Below are positions 28,051 through 37,636 of a DNA stretch of 64,000 nt, in pieces. Where the stretch lies: IMG/VR virus record IMGVR_UViG_2541047857_000009; one strand, written 5' to 3'. The notes under the pieces were generated by a model, which worked only from the letters and a program-made list of their open reading frames with translations, did not search any database and was not told the DNA's origin. Every line of letters begins with the position of its first letter. Positions within the stretch are counted from its first letter, which is position 1. Both the position numbers and the translations under genes were made by a program. This DNA comes from a virus. Its lineage: Duplodnaviria; Heunggongvirae; Uroviricota; Caudoviricetes.

Positions 28051-29127
28051 ATGTACTTCTCTAAAGAGACGCTGGCGACTAACTCCCGCCTCGGCGGGCA
28101 CTGGAGCGAACTGTGGGCAAACCGCAACATGTGGAACCTTCAGAACGATTCCATCATCGCGGCTAACCGCGCAATCATGACGCCTGACATGCTGGCATGT
28201 AACGCCGTTGGCGGTTTCTCCCGTGACTTCTGGGCTGAGATTGACAATCAGGTGCTGCAACTGCGCGATCAGGAAGTTGGCATGGAAATCGTGAACGACC
28301 TGATCGGCGTTCAGACCGTGCTGCCGGTCGGTAAAACCGCCAAGCTGTATAACGTCGTTGGCGACATCGCTGACGACGTGTCAGTAAGCATCGATGGTCA
28401 GGCGCCGTTCTCCTTCGATCACACCGACTACGCGAGCGACGGTGACCCGATTCCGGTGTTCACTGCTGGTTACGGTGTTAACTGGCGTCATGCTGCTGGT
28501 CTGAACTCTGTTGGCATTGACTTGGTGCTGGACTCGCAGATGGCGAAGATGCGCAAGTTCAACCAGAAGCGCGTTAACTACTACCTGAACGGCGATTCAA
28601 AAATTCAGGTTCAGTCCTACCCGGCGCAGGGCATCAAGAACCACCGCAACACCAAGAAGATTAACCTCGGTTCTGGTGCTGGTGGTGCGAACATCGACCT
28701 GACAACCGCTGACATGACCGCGATCTTTGCATTCTTCGGTAAAGGCGCATTCGGCACCACCGCACGCACGAACAAAGTCGCCGCCTACGATGTGATGTGG
28801 GTTTCCCCGGAAATCTGGGCAAACCTGGCGCAGCCGTACGTGGTGAATGGCGTCGTAAGCGGCACTGTGTTGCAGGCTGTTCTGCCTTTCGCGCCGGTGA
28901 AAGAAATCCGCATGAGCTTCGCACTGAGTGGTAACGAGTTTATCGCGTACGTTCGTCGTCGTGACGTGATCTCCCCACTGGTTGGTATGGCTGTCGGCGT
29001 TGTTCCGCTGCCGCGCCCACTGCCTAACGTTAACTACAACTTCCAGATTATGTCTGCTGAAGGTCTGCAAATAACCGCAGACGATCAGGGCCTGTCTGGC
29101 GTTGTCTACGGCGCTAACCTGGCGTAA
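28051..29127 (+). CDS. major capsid protein
   Basis: 358-aa ORF with strong RBS in canonical position. Confidence 0.6.
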   Translation: MYFSKETLATNSRLGGHWSELWANRNMWNLQNDSIIAANRAIMTPDMLACNAVGGFSRDFWAEIDNQVLQLRDQEVGMEIVNDLIGVQTVLPVGKTAKLYNVVGDIADDVSVSIDGQAPFSFDHTDYASDGDPIPVFTAGYGVNWRHAAGLNSVGIDLVLDSQMAKMRKFNQKRVNYYLNGDSKIQVQSYPAQGIKNHRNTKKINLGSGAGGANIDLTTADMTAIFAFFGKGAFGTTARTNKVAAYDVMWVSPEIWANLAQPYVVNGVVSGTVLQAVLPFAPVKEIRMSFALSGNEFIAYVRRRDVISPLVGMAVGVVPLPRPLPNVNYNFQIMSAEGLQITADDQGLSGVVYGANLA

Positions 29128-29136
29128 GGAAACAGC

Positions 29137-29430
29137 ATGGCTAAATACGAAGTTGTGCGCCCATGGTTCGGCGTGAAGATTGGCGACGTGGTGGAGTTGA
29201 AAGAGCTTCACCCGGCGCTGAAGTCTAACGTCCGGCTGATGAAAGGCGAGGCTGGTGGCGAGCTGAAACCTGCAACACCTGATGCCGGTACCGGTGAGAA
29301 ATCACGCAAAGAGGCTATCCAGGCTCGTTTGACTGAGCTGGGCATCGAGTTCAAAGGCAATCTGGGCGAAGAAAAGCTCAGTGAGCTGTTGCCTGACGGT
29401 GAGCTCGAAAAGCTTTTCCCTGCTGAATAA
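29137..29430 (+). CDS. hypothetical head-associated protein
   Basis: 97-aa ORF. Confidence 0.35.
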   Translation: MAKYEVVRPWFGVKIGDVVELKELHPALKSNVRLMKGEAGGELKPATPDAGTGEKSRKEAIQARLTELGIEFKGNLGEEKLSELLPDGELEKLFPAE

Positions 29431-29492
29431 CAGCCGCCGCTAAGGCGGTTTTTTTATGCCCCGCTCCGGCGGGGTATTTCACGGAGTCGATA

Positions 29493-29894
29493 ATGGTAAC
29501 TCTCGAACAGGCGAAGGAGTATCTGGAGAGCCAGGGAATTACCATTCCCGATTTTGTTCTTCAGGCTCTCGTCGACCAGGCCAACAGCATTCAGGAGTGT
29601 CTCGATGCGCATTATCCGGCATCGACCTCGCTGTTGATTCAGCTCTATCTGCTGGCGCTTATGGGGCTCGGGCAGGGGGACAAATACATCTCCAGCCAGA
29701 CGGCTCCAAGCGGGGCGTCCCGCTCTTTCCGGTACCAGTCGTTCACCGACCGCTGGAAAGCATCAGTGAACCTGTTGCGGGGGCTGGATAAGTACGGTTG
29801 TGCAACCTCCCTTATTCCTGCCGACCCTACCGCCACCCCGGCATTCGCTGGTATCTGGATCGGTAAGGGCGGCTGCATGTGCGGGGATAAGTGA
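29493..29894 (+). CDS. head-tail connector-like protein
   Basis: 133-aa ORF. Confidence 0.4.
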   Translation: MVTLEQAKEYLESQGITIPDFVLQALVDQANSIQECLDAHYPASTSLLIQLYLLALMGLGQGDKYISSQTAPSGASRSFRYQSFTDRWKASVNLLRGLDKYGCATSLIPADPTATPAFAGIWIGKGGCMCGDK

Positions 29895-30067
29895 TGACGT
29901 ATAAATCAGTGACGGAAGGCAAGCCGAAGCCGCTCACTCGCGTATGGGTTGAAACCGACACCCGGCGGGAGACTACCGCCTACGTGAAATCGGACGGCGA
30001 GTGGCATATAAACTGCCCGCGCATACGGGCTACTGGCGCGAAGGTGTTGAGGTGGAAAGATGGCTGA
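29894..30067 (+). CDS. small hypothetical protein (57 aa)
   Basis: ATGA-coupled to neighbours. Confidence 0.25.
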   Translation: MTYKSVTEGKPKPLTRVWVETDTRRETTAYVKSDGEWHINCPRIRATGAKVLRWKDG

Positions 30068-30293
30068 ACGATACGATGCGCATGCCTTTAAGTGCGAAGA
30101 CAACTGGTCGCTGTTCATCTGGATGAACGACTCCGGAGTTAAGTTTATTGGCCGCCATGCTGAAACTTACGAGAAAGCCAAAGCTGACTTTCTGGAGCAG
30201 GCTGATGCTAAGCGCCTCGCCAGTCAATCAGGCTCGATGCGGCCTCTTGATGATTTCAGAATCGTTGAGAAGGTGGAGGTATTCACTCTATGA
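30060..30293 (+). CDS. hypothetical protein
   Basis: 77-aa ORF. Confidence 0.35.
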   Translation: MAERYDAHAFKCEDNWSLFIWMNDSGVKFIGRHAETYEKAKADFLEQADAKRLASQSGSMRPLDDFRIVEKVEVFTL

Positions 30294-30640
30294 GCAGCGT
30301 GGCCAACTGGTCTTACACCGCCACGGCGACAATCTGGCGAAAGCTGGAAGGCAATGACGAATACGGCGATCCGCTGGGTTATGCCGAACCTGAGCAAATC
30401 CTCTGTGATTACGAGGGCGGGCTCAGCAAGAAGTTAGCCAGCCTGGGCGCTGAAATCGTCGTGAAAAATACCGTCTGGACGGAGTTCGCGCTGGCGGCCG
30501 CGGGGGATTACCTGCTGATTGGTGTATCGACTGAAGAAGACCCGGTTGTGGCCGGTGCCGACGAGGTGAGGCAAGTTATTCGCTATGCCGACACGTTCGA
30601 GCGCCTGGCGGATGATTACGCCATCCTGACGGGAGTGTAG
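30290..30640 (+). CDS. head-tail adaptor-like protein
   Basis: 116-aa ORF overlapping neighbours. Confidence 0.4.
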   Translation: MSSVANWSYTATATIWRKLEGNDEYGDPLGYAEPEQILCDYEGGLSKKLASLGAEIVVKNTVWTEFALAAAGDYLLIGVSTEEDPVVAGADEVRQVIRYADTFERLADDYAILTGV

Positions 30641-30642
30641 CC

Positions 30643-31107
30643 ATGGGCATAAAAGTGAAGGGCATCAGCCAGGCGAAGAAGCACCTGAACGATGTCATCA
30701 ACGACGTTAAGGGCCGTAAGGTAATTCGCGCGTTGCAGTCAGCGATGATGCTTATCGGTACCCGGGCGGCATATTACACCCCGATCGACACCTCTACCTT
30801 GGTTAACAGCCAGTTCCGTGAAATCGACGCTGGCGGGGTGCTCATCACCGGGCGCATCGGTTACTCAGCCAACTATGCCGCGTACGTGCACGAGGCGTCA
30901 GGCAAGCTGAAAGGCCAGCCGCGCGCGCATTTTGGTGTGACCAGTAACCGGTCTGAGTTCGGCCCGCAGAAACCGAAAGAATTCGGTGGCGGGACAGGAA
31001 AGGGCAACTACTGGGATCCGCATGGTGAGCCGCAATTCCTGACCAAAGGCGCAAATGACGAGCGCGATAACGTTGACGCGGTGATGCGCAAGGAGCTTTC
31101 GCTATGA
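30643..31107 (+). CDS. tail completion/neck protein
   Basis: 154-aa ORF. Confidence 0.4.
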   Translation: MGIKVKGISQAKKHLNDVINDVKGRKVIRALQSAMMLIGTRAAYYTPIDTSTLVNSQFREIDAGGVLITGRIGYSANYAAYVHEASGKLKGQPRAHFGVTSNRSEFGPQKPKEFGGGTGKGNYWDPHGEPQFLTKGANDERDNVDAVMRKELSL

Positions 31108-31487
31108 CACCCATGATGCACGAGCGGGTGCGCAACATGTTCGGCGACGCCGGGCTAACGACCGGCTTCACGGTGCAGCAGTTGATGTACGACGACCCGG
31201 GCGACCAGTCGAAGGCGATCATGGTGTTCAGGCCAAACGGTGGTTCGAATATCCGCACTGATCTTGGCTCTGAGTACCACGTCTTGGTCGACGTTGTCGG
31301 CGCGAAAGATAAGCGCAGAGACGCGCTCAATGCAGTGCAGCGTATCGTCGATTATGTCCAGGCTAACCCAATGGCTGACGAATGCGTCGGCTACATCCAG
31401 AACATGGGCGCAATTCCCGCGCCGGTGCTCACAGAAGAAGGGCGAATAGTCTTCCGACTCCAGTTCGCCTGCACTTACGGCGAATAG
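31104..31487 (+). CDS. tail component protein
   Basis: 127-aa ORF followed by hairpin. Confidence 0.4.
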   Translation: MTPMMHERVRNMFGDAGLTTGFTVQQLMYDDPGDQSKAIMVFRPNGGSNIRTDLGSEYHVLVDVVGAKDKRRDALNAVQRIVDYVQANPMADECVGYIQNMGAIPAPVLTEEGRIVFRLQFACTYGE

Positions 31488-31549
31488 CCATCCCAACCAA
31501 ATAACCCGCTCCGGCGGGTTTTCTTTTATACGTCAAAGAGGAGTTTCAC

Positions 31550-32293
31550 ATGGCTAATTGCCAGAACTCGAACGAGCGCCTGTTCGGCGGTGCGGTCGTG
31601 CTGGAAGTCGCCGATGGCTGCCCTGACGTCAAGCCACTTGAATCTGAGTGGATGGCGCTGGCGGCTGGTACGTCGAAGGGCTTCGACTTCAACCCGAACT
31701 CGGTTACCTCTGATGCAGATGACGGCGGCGGCTATGTCGAGACCATCATCACCAACAGTGACTTCACCCTGAGCTTTGAAGGCGAAGTGCGCAAGAAGGA
31801 CAAGCTGGATCAGTACGGTGTCGGTAAGTTCATCAAGTATTTTGCTGATGAACTGAAGGCCAAGCGCCAGCCCGGTATCTGGGTGCGCATGGACTACGGC
31901 CCGGTCGAATTCATCGGCTACATGAATATCACGGCGCTGAGCTCTGACGGTGGCACGAACGATATCGTCACGTTCTCCACTGAGTTCAAAGTCGGCGACG
32001 CTAGCACCATCGAAGTGAACGAAATCACTGCGGTAGCGGTGACTGGCGTGACGGTAACACCGGCAACCAGCACTGGCGCGGCGGGTGGTACCAGCACCTT
32101 CACGGTGAATATCGCACCAACCGGCGCAACAAACACAGGCTTCACCGTTGCATCAACTGATCCAGCCAAAGCCACTGCCACAGCATCCGGTACCACCGTC
32201 ACGGTGAACCGCGTCGCCACCGGCAGCGCGCAGATCATCATCAATACCGAAGACGGCAACTTTGTGGCCGTGCATACGGTTACCGTTACCTAA
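31550..32293 (+). CDS. major tail protein with C-terminal Ig-like domain
   Basis: 247 aa; C-terminal T/V/A-rich Big_2-like segment. Confidence 0.55.
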   Translation: MANCQNSNERLFGGAVVLEVADGCPDVKPLESEWMALAAGTSKGFDFNPNSVTSDADDGGGYVETIITNSDFTLSFEGEVRKKDKLDQYGVGKFIKYFADELKAKRQPGIWVRMDYGPVEFIGYMNITALSSDGGTNDIVTFSTEFKVGDASTIEVNEITAVAVTGVTVTPATSTGAAGGTSTFTVNIAPTGATNTGFTVASTDPAKATATASGTTVTVNRVATGSAQIIINTEDGNFVAVHTVTVT

Positions 32294-32350
32294 CGGACAT
32301 TCCAAAGGGCGGCGTGCTGCCCTTGATAATGACCGTTTACTGGAAGGCAT

Positions 32351-33019
32351 ATGACCGCTTTAACCGATATTGGCGAACTCTCTATCAGCGACAGCCGCGC
32401 AGGCGGTAAAGACTACCTGCTCAGGCCCTCATTCGAGGCTATGACGAGGATCGGCGCTCCAGAGGAGATTGTGCAGGCGTATGCCACCATCCACGGCAAA
32501 GACGTCGCACAGCTGGTTGAGGTGTGCGCTGGCATGCTGGGGCGCTTTCCTGAATGGCTATCACCTTCATTCAACCGTGCAGCCGAGAAGCTGTTATCGA
32601 CGTGCATGCTTGTGCTACAGGCGTGCTGTGAGGACGACCTGACGCCAATGATCGGCGAATGGAAAGGATGGCGGCATTGTGTCGTCTACCGCCCGGGCCA
32701 GATGCCTAAGAACGACATTATCGTACTGGCGCAGCACCTCATGCAGCACGGCATCGTCGGAAAGGCAAAGGTTCGCCAGTTGCAGCGCCACGAGACTGGC
32801 GAGCGCACTACGGAGTTCAAAGCCTTCGACTACATCAGCGCAGCACGTAGTCACTTTGGAATGAACCGCGCCGAAGCCTCTCAGTTAACGATGACCGAAT
32901 TTCAGATGCTGCTGGCGGCGAAATACCCCGATCAGAAAGGTTTCACTCGCGATGAGTATGACAGCATCGCCGACGAATACCTGGCTAAACAGGCTGCACG
33001 TAGAAAGAAAGCCCAATAA
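32351..33019 (+). CDS. tail assembly chaperone-like protein
   Basis: 222-aa ORF between major tail and tape measure. Confidence 0.4.
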   Translation: MTALTDIGELSISDSRAGGKDYLLRPSFEAMTRIGAPEEIVQAYATIHGKDVAQLVEVCAGMLGRFPEWLSPSFNRAAEKLLSTCMLVLQACCEDDLTPMIGEWKGWRHCVVYRPGQMPKNDIIVLAQHLMQHGIVGKAKVRQLQRHETGERTTEFKAFDYISAARSHFGMNRAEASQLTMTEFQMLLAAKYPDQKGFTRDEYDSIADEYLAKQAARRKKAQ

Positions 33020-33032
33020 ATTGGGCTCTATT

Positions 33033-33245
33033 TTAGAAAACCAACGTCAAATGCTCTCTACCAATCCGGGCTAAATCACTGACGTTCATTGGTACTCGGC
33101 CCCTAACGTCGATTTTAATGTGACCACCGGCATTAGCTACGGTTCTTATTAAGTCAGAAATATTCATTGGAATTGCACAATCGGCAGTAATTTCTATATG
33201 AACTCCAGTTCTGGCTATATCACTAATATTCATTGGTAACGGCAT
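33033..33245 (-). CDS. antisense small protein with three PMN[IV]SD repeats
   Basis: 70-aa minus-strand ORF; repeat codons differ synonymously (AGTGAT vs TCTGAC for Ser-Asp); GGAGG RBS. Confidence 0.35.
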   Translation of the reverse strand: MPLPMNISDIARTGVHIEITADCAIPMNISDLIRTVANAGGHIKIDVRGRVPMNVSDLARIGREHLTLVF

Positions 33246-33359
33246 AAATCCTCCATTGTTTTAAAAACAGCAATCATTTCAGCACGTTCATTACTTTTCT
33301 ATTGTGATGAGCCTTAAGATTCAGCGAAATACCATCGTCAGTACTATTTGGAGAATGAC

Positions 33360-36290
33360 ATGGCTGGTGAGAAGAACGCCGGTAGCATCGTTTATGAAAT
33401 CAGCGCTGACGTTGAGCCGCTGCTGCAGGGCGGGAAGCAGGCCATTGATGCTCTGGATAAATTGGATGCGGCAGCTCAGCAGTCCGGCAAGGGAATGGAT
33501 AACCTCGATCAAAGCACGTCTCAAACCGGATCCGCGTTTACTGAACTGGCTGGTTATGCCAACTCGATGGATAACCAACTGCGCAAGCTTAACACCAATG
33601 TGAGCGGGATCGCCCGCGCAATGGAAGAGGCCCGCAGCGGGACCGGTGGCGCCAACAGTGAGTTCAATCGCGCTGAATCCATCATCGAGGCGCTGGGTAA
33701 CCAACTCGCTGTGCTGGACGAAGCACAGGAGAATGGCGCTCGCAGTGCTGCCGTTCTGGCTGCCCAGTTGCGCGCCGGGTCAAAAGCGACCGATGAAGAG
33801 AAGCAGAAGATCGGCGAATTGACCGGCCGACTGTATGACATGAAAACAGGCGTGGAAACCGGAGCGAAAGGAACTGGAGCCTGGAAAAACAGCATGCAAC
33901 AGGCTGGGTACCAGGTTCAGGACTTTATCATTCAGGTTCAGGGCGGCCAGTCCGCGCTGGTAGCGTTTGCACAGCAGGGCTCTCAACTTGCCGGTGCATT
34001 CGGGCCGGGTGGTGCGGTAATTGGTTCTGTTATCGCACTGAGTTCTGTCCTGGCCGGTGTGCTCATCACTTCTCTGAATGGCGGCAAGAACGCCATGGAT
34101 GCGCTGAAAGACGCAGCCGAGGCGATGGACAAGGTCATTACCATTTCCCAAAATGGCGTGGCCGCTCTGTCTGATAAATACGCATTGCTCGCGAAAACGA
34201 ATACCGAAGTAGCAACGCTGATGCGTAACCAGGCACTGCTGGAATACAACGAGGCTATCAACAAGATACCGAAGGCGATTAGCGATGCTTCGAGCTCGTT
34301 ACTTTCCTTCGGCGATAAGGCACTTTCTGCATTTTCCGGTGGTTATGCGTCAGTCGATGGCTTTAACGATCGTCTGGCTACTCTTGAAATCACCACGGAT
34401 AACTATTCCGAGGCGATGAAGCAGGCATACGGTGCCGGGCAGGCATTCCAGGCGACCGCAAACAGCATTGGCAACACCGTCGGAGCCGTTGCCGACAAGT
34501 TCGGGATATCAGAGCAGAAAGCCTTCGAGTTCAGCAAGCAACTTTCCGATATTGCCAAAAACCCAACACCGGAAGCCCTGCAGCGACTTGCTACTGAACT
34601 GCAGAACACTCAGAGCTCAACCGAGAAAGGGCAGACTGCGCTCACGGCATTTGTTGGGAAACTGGTTGAGTTATCACGTGAAGCCGTCATTGCTAAAGGT
34701 AATGTTGCTGCTCTGAAGCAGGAAACGGATAACCTTACCGCCGGGCAGAAGAACCTTATCAAGCAGTCAGAGCGTAACCTTGCGCTGTCAAAACTGCAGG
34801 GTGAGGCTCGCGCCCGACTTCAGGCGCAATATGCCGCTGAAGATGCGGGGTTTGCAAAAGATGATCCGCACGCCAAACAAATGGAAAATGACGCTGCCGC
34901 TACGTACAAAAATACGCAGGCGCAGAAGACACTTCAGTCCGAGCAGAAGAAAGGTGCTTCCCAGGCTGATTCTATTGCTCAGAAACTGGCGAACCTGAAA
35001 CAGCAATCAGAGCTCGCTGCCGACTCAACAAGCAAGCTGAGCCGGGAACAAGCGATCCTGAATGCTCAGCAGTCACTTGGTAAAGGCGCAACGAAGGAGC
35101 AGATCGCGCTGGCTGGGCAGTACGCCGCAACAAAATGGGACACTGCTAACGCCATTAAAGCGCAAGCGGCAGCTGAGAAGCTTCTCCCTGAGGCGCGTGA
35201 GAATGCCAGTTACAAGCAGGATGTAGAGGATCTGAACACCGCTCTGGCTGCGAAGAAAATCAGTCAGGAGCAGTTCAATCAGACTTCCGAGCGACTGGAG
35301 GCAACTCACCAGGCAAACCTCGCCAAAATCCGCGCCCAGCAGGCTGTGACGCCACAGCAGGATGCAGTCGGTGGAGTTGACCCTGTTCAGCAACTTGCTA
35401 ACGAGAACGCTCGCAAGCTAGCGCTCATTCAGGCATTCGAACAGCAGGGGCTTATCACTCACCAGAATGCGCTCATGCTGCGCGCTACAGCTGACAAGGA
35501 GTATGAGCAGGCTCGCATCGCTGCCCAATGGGAGATCTTCCGCAATCAGAGCGCAGGTAATGAAGCACTGGCGGCGTCCTTCGATGCACTGGCCGGTAAT
35601 GCGTCCAACGCCTTAACCGGCATCATTACCGGGAGCATGTCAGCGTCTGATGCCCTGCGCTCGATCGGGAATACCGTACTGAACAGCCTCATCAACACCT
35701 TCGTTCAGATGGGCGTTGAGTGGGTGAAGTCAGCCATCATGGGGCAGACGGCCACCACTGCTGCAGTTGCAGCATCGACCACTGCTCAGGCGGCAGGCAT
35801 TGCCACTACCACGGCGACGTCTACCGCGGCGGCGGCGGCTACGACAGCGGCCTGGACTCCGGCAGCCATTATGTCATCCATCGCCTCATTCGGTGGTGCG
35901 GTGGCGATCGGCATCGGAGCTATGGCTGGCATCCTGGCGCTGTCTGGCAAGCGAAAGAACGGCGGGCCCGTTTCGGCTGGCGGAATGTACCAGGTCGGCG
36001 AAGGCGGGATGCCTGAGATTTACCAGGCCAGCACCGGAAAGCAGTACATGATACCGGGCGACAACGGTCGAGTGATCAGCAATAAGGACATGGCTTCAGG
36101 AGGTGGTGGCGGGGTGGTAATCAACATCCAGAACTACACGTCATCCTCGGTCGATGCGCAAGCTGGCACGGATGCCAATGGGGGCGTGACCGTCGATGTC
36201 ATCGTCGCTGACCTGAATAATGGCGGGCCGATTAGCAGCGGTATAACCAGCAACTTCAATGTCAAACGCAAGCCAAGGGGGCAGGGCTGA
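33360..36290 (+). CDS. tail tape measure protein
   Basis: 976 aa, alpha-helical/coiled-coil rich with Ala/Gly C-terminal segment. Confidence 0.8.
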   Translation: MAGEKNAGSIVYEISADVEPLLQGGKQAIDALDKLDAAAQQSGKGMDNLDQSTSQTGSAFTELAGYANSMDNQLRKLNTNVSGIARAMEEARSGTGGANSEFNRAESIIEALGNQLAVLDEAQENGARSAAVLAAQLRAGSKATDEEKQKIGELTGRLYDMKTGVETGAKGTGAWKNSMQQAGYQVQDFIIQVQGGQSALVAFAQQGSQLAGAFGPGGAVIGSVIALSSVLAGVLITSLNGGKNAMDALKDAAEAMDKVITISQNGVAALSDKYALLAKTNTEVATLMRNQALLEYNEAINKIPKAISDASSSLLSFGDKALSAFSGGYASVDGFNDRLATLEITTDNYSEAMKQAYGAGQAFQATANSIGNTVGAVADKFGISEQKAFEFSKQLSDIAKNPTPEALQRLATELQNTQSSTEKGQTALTAFVGKLVELSREAVIAKGNVAALKQETDNLTAGQKNLIKQSERNLALSKLQGEARARLQAQYAAEDAGFAKDDPHAKQMENDAAATYKNTQAQKTLQSEQKKGASQADSIAQKLANLKQQSELAADSTSKLSREQAILNAQQSLGKGATKEQIALAGQYAATKWDTANAIKAQAAAEKLLPEARENASYKQDVEDLNTALAAKKISQEQFNQTSERLEATHQANLAKIRAQQAVTPQQDAVGGVDPVQQLANENARKLALIQAFEQQGLITHQNALMLRATADKEYEQARIAAQWEIFRNQSAGNEALAASFDALAGNASNALTGIITGSMSASDALRSIGNTVLNSLINTFVQMGVEWVKSAIMGQTATTAAVAASTTAQAAGIATTTATSTAAAAATTAAWTPAAIMSSIASFGGAVAIGIGAMAGILALSGKRKNGGPVSAGGMYQVGEGGMPEIYQASTGKQYMIPGDNGRVISNKDMASGGGGGVVINIQNYTSSSVDAQAGTDANGGVTVDVIVADLNNGGPISSGITSNFNVKRKPRGQG

Positions 36291-36787
36291 TGCCAATTAT
36301 AGACTATCCCGACTGGCTGCCGCTGGCGCAGAAGGCCAGCAAAAACATGACTCTCGATACCGGGTTCCAGGCCGATCAGCCAGCGGTCGGCCCGGCCATC
36401 TTCGAGAATCAAACCGACGACCTGAAAGTGACCTGGTCGCTGACGTGGATATTCACCCTGGCGCAGGAGCGCGCTTTCCAGCAGTGGCTGCGCAGCCCGA
36501 ACTATCTCAACCGGGGCCTGAACTGGTTCCGGATGAATATCAACCTGGGCGGCAGTGGCCTCCAGCTGCAGGAGCTTCATTTCACGCAGATGCCGGTGCA
36601 AACCAGTATCGACGGCGGGGTGGTGACCTGGACGGGAACCGTTATTGCGAACCACCTCTACAATGCCGACGACGAATTTGACGACATCATTGTTGAACTG
36701 CCGCCGCCGTGGGATTCCTGGCTGGATATCGTTGTCACTGGCTATCCGGACGGACGCGATCCTGAATCACTACCGAGGGTGCCGTAA
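36290..36787 (+). CDS. minor tail protein (M-like)
   Basis: 165-aa ORF after tape measure. Confidence 0.5.
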   Translation: MPIIDYPDWLPLAQKASKNMTLDTGFQADQPAVGPAIFENQTDDLKVTWSLTWIFTLAQERAFQQWLRSPNYLNRGLNWFRMNINLGGSGLQLQELHFTQMPVQTSIDGGVVTWTGTVIANHLYNADDEFDDIIVELPPPWDSWLDIVVTGYPDGRDPESLPRVP

Positions 36788-37257
36788 TGCCGAGCTTCAG
36801 GGAGTATAAGCAGCAGCGGCCGACGCGCGGGCTGTACGACACCATCACGTTCTACCATCCATCCTTTGGCTACGTCCGCCTGGTCGACAAGCAGTTCTTT
36901 CCGAAGACGCTCGGCGGCCAGACGTATATGCCAGCGCGCTTTGAAATCGAAGAGAGCCAGCAGAGCGGCACGCCGGTGATCGACGCGACGGTGAAGTTAG
37001 GGCGGCTTTCGTCGGACATCAAAGCGCTGATGAAGCAGTGGAAGGGCGCGGCCCGGCTGACGGCCATCACGGCCACAAGGCAGATCTTCGATAGCGGGGA
37101 CGTGTCTGTGCCGATTAAGTCCTGGCAGTTATACGTCAAGACAGTGGACATCGATGCTGACTCCGCGTCGGTCACTCTGTCCGTCACCAACCCGCTGAAC
37201 AACAACATCGGAAGGCTCTATGACCCAACGGAATATACCGGCCTGCAGTACCTCTGA
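36787..37257 (+). CDS. minor tail protein (L-like)
   Basis: 156-aa ORF. Confidence 0.5.
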   Translation: MPSFREYKQQRPTRGLYDTITFYHPSFGYVRLVDKQFFPKTLGGQTYMPARFEIEESQQSGTPVIDATVKLGRLSSDIKALMKQWKGAARLTAITATRQIFDSGDVSVPIKSWQLYVKTVDIDADSASVTLSVTNPLNNNIGRLYDPTEYTGLQYL

Positions 37258-37636
37258 TTTTGCTCGGAAGGTGATCGGCGTGCCGTGGGCTAACCGGGCC
37301 TGCTCGTTCGATAGGGTCGACTGCTGGGGCTTGTGCGTGCTGTATTACCGGCACGTTCTCGGCATTGAACTGCACCAGACGCCGGACTACGAAGCCGGTG
37401 AGGACTTCTTCACCTGCTATCAAAGTGATGTCGTTTTCTGGCACCCGGTGGATAAGCCGGTCGAGGGCGGGATATTCGTCGGGTACCGCGGCGCGCAACC
37501 GGCGCATGTTGGCCTGGTACTGAACCGGCAGGCGCTGCACTCGCGCGGCGAGAACGGAAGCGTACGCATGGACTCGTTGCTGGTCATTCAGCGGGCATTC
37601 ACCAAAGTGGAGTTTTTCGAATATGGCGCTGGTTGA
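37220..37636 (+). CDS. tail protein with NlpC/P60-like peptidase motif (K-like)
   Basis: 138 aa with DCWG cysteine motif. Confidence 0.5.
   Translation: MTQRNIPACSTSDFARKVIGVPWANRACSFDRVDCWGLCVLYYRHVLGIELHQTPDYEAGEDFFTCYQSDVVFWHPVDKPVEGGIFVGYRGAQPAHVGLVLNRQALHSRGENGSVRMDSLLVIQRAFTKVEFFEYGAG

Noticed and set aside
33075-33236. The three 18-bp direct repeats as a DNA-level protein-binding array
   Set aside because: Synonymous codon differences between copies favour a protein-coding explanation on the minus strand; the DNA-site alternative is kept only as a fallback
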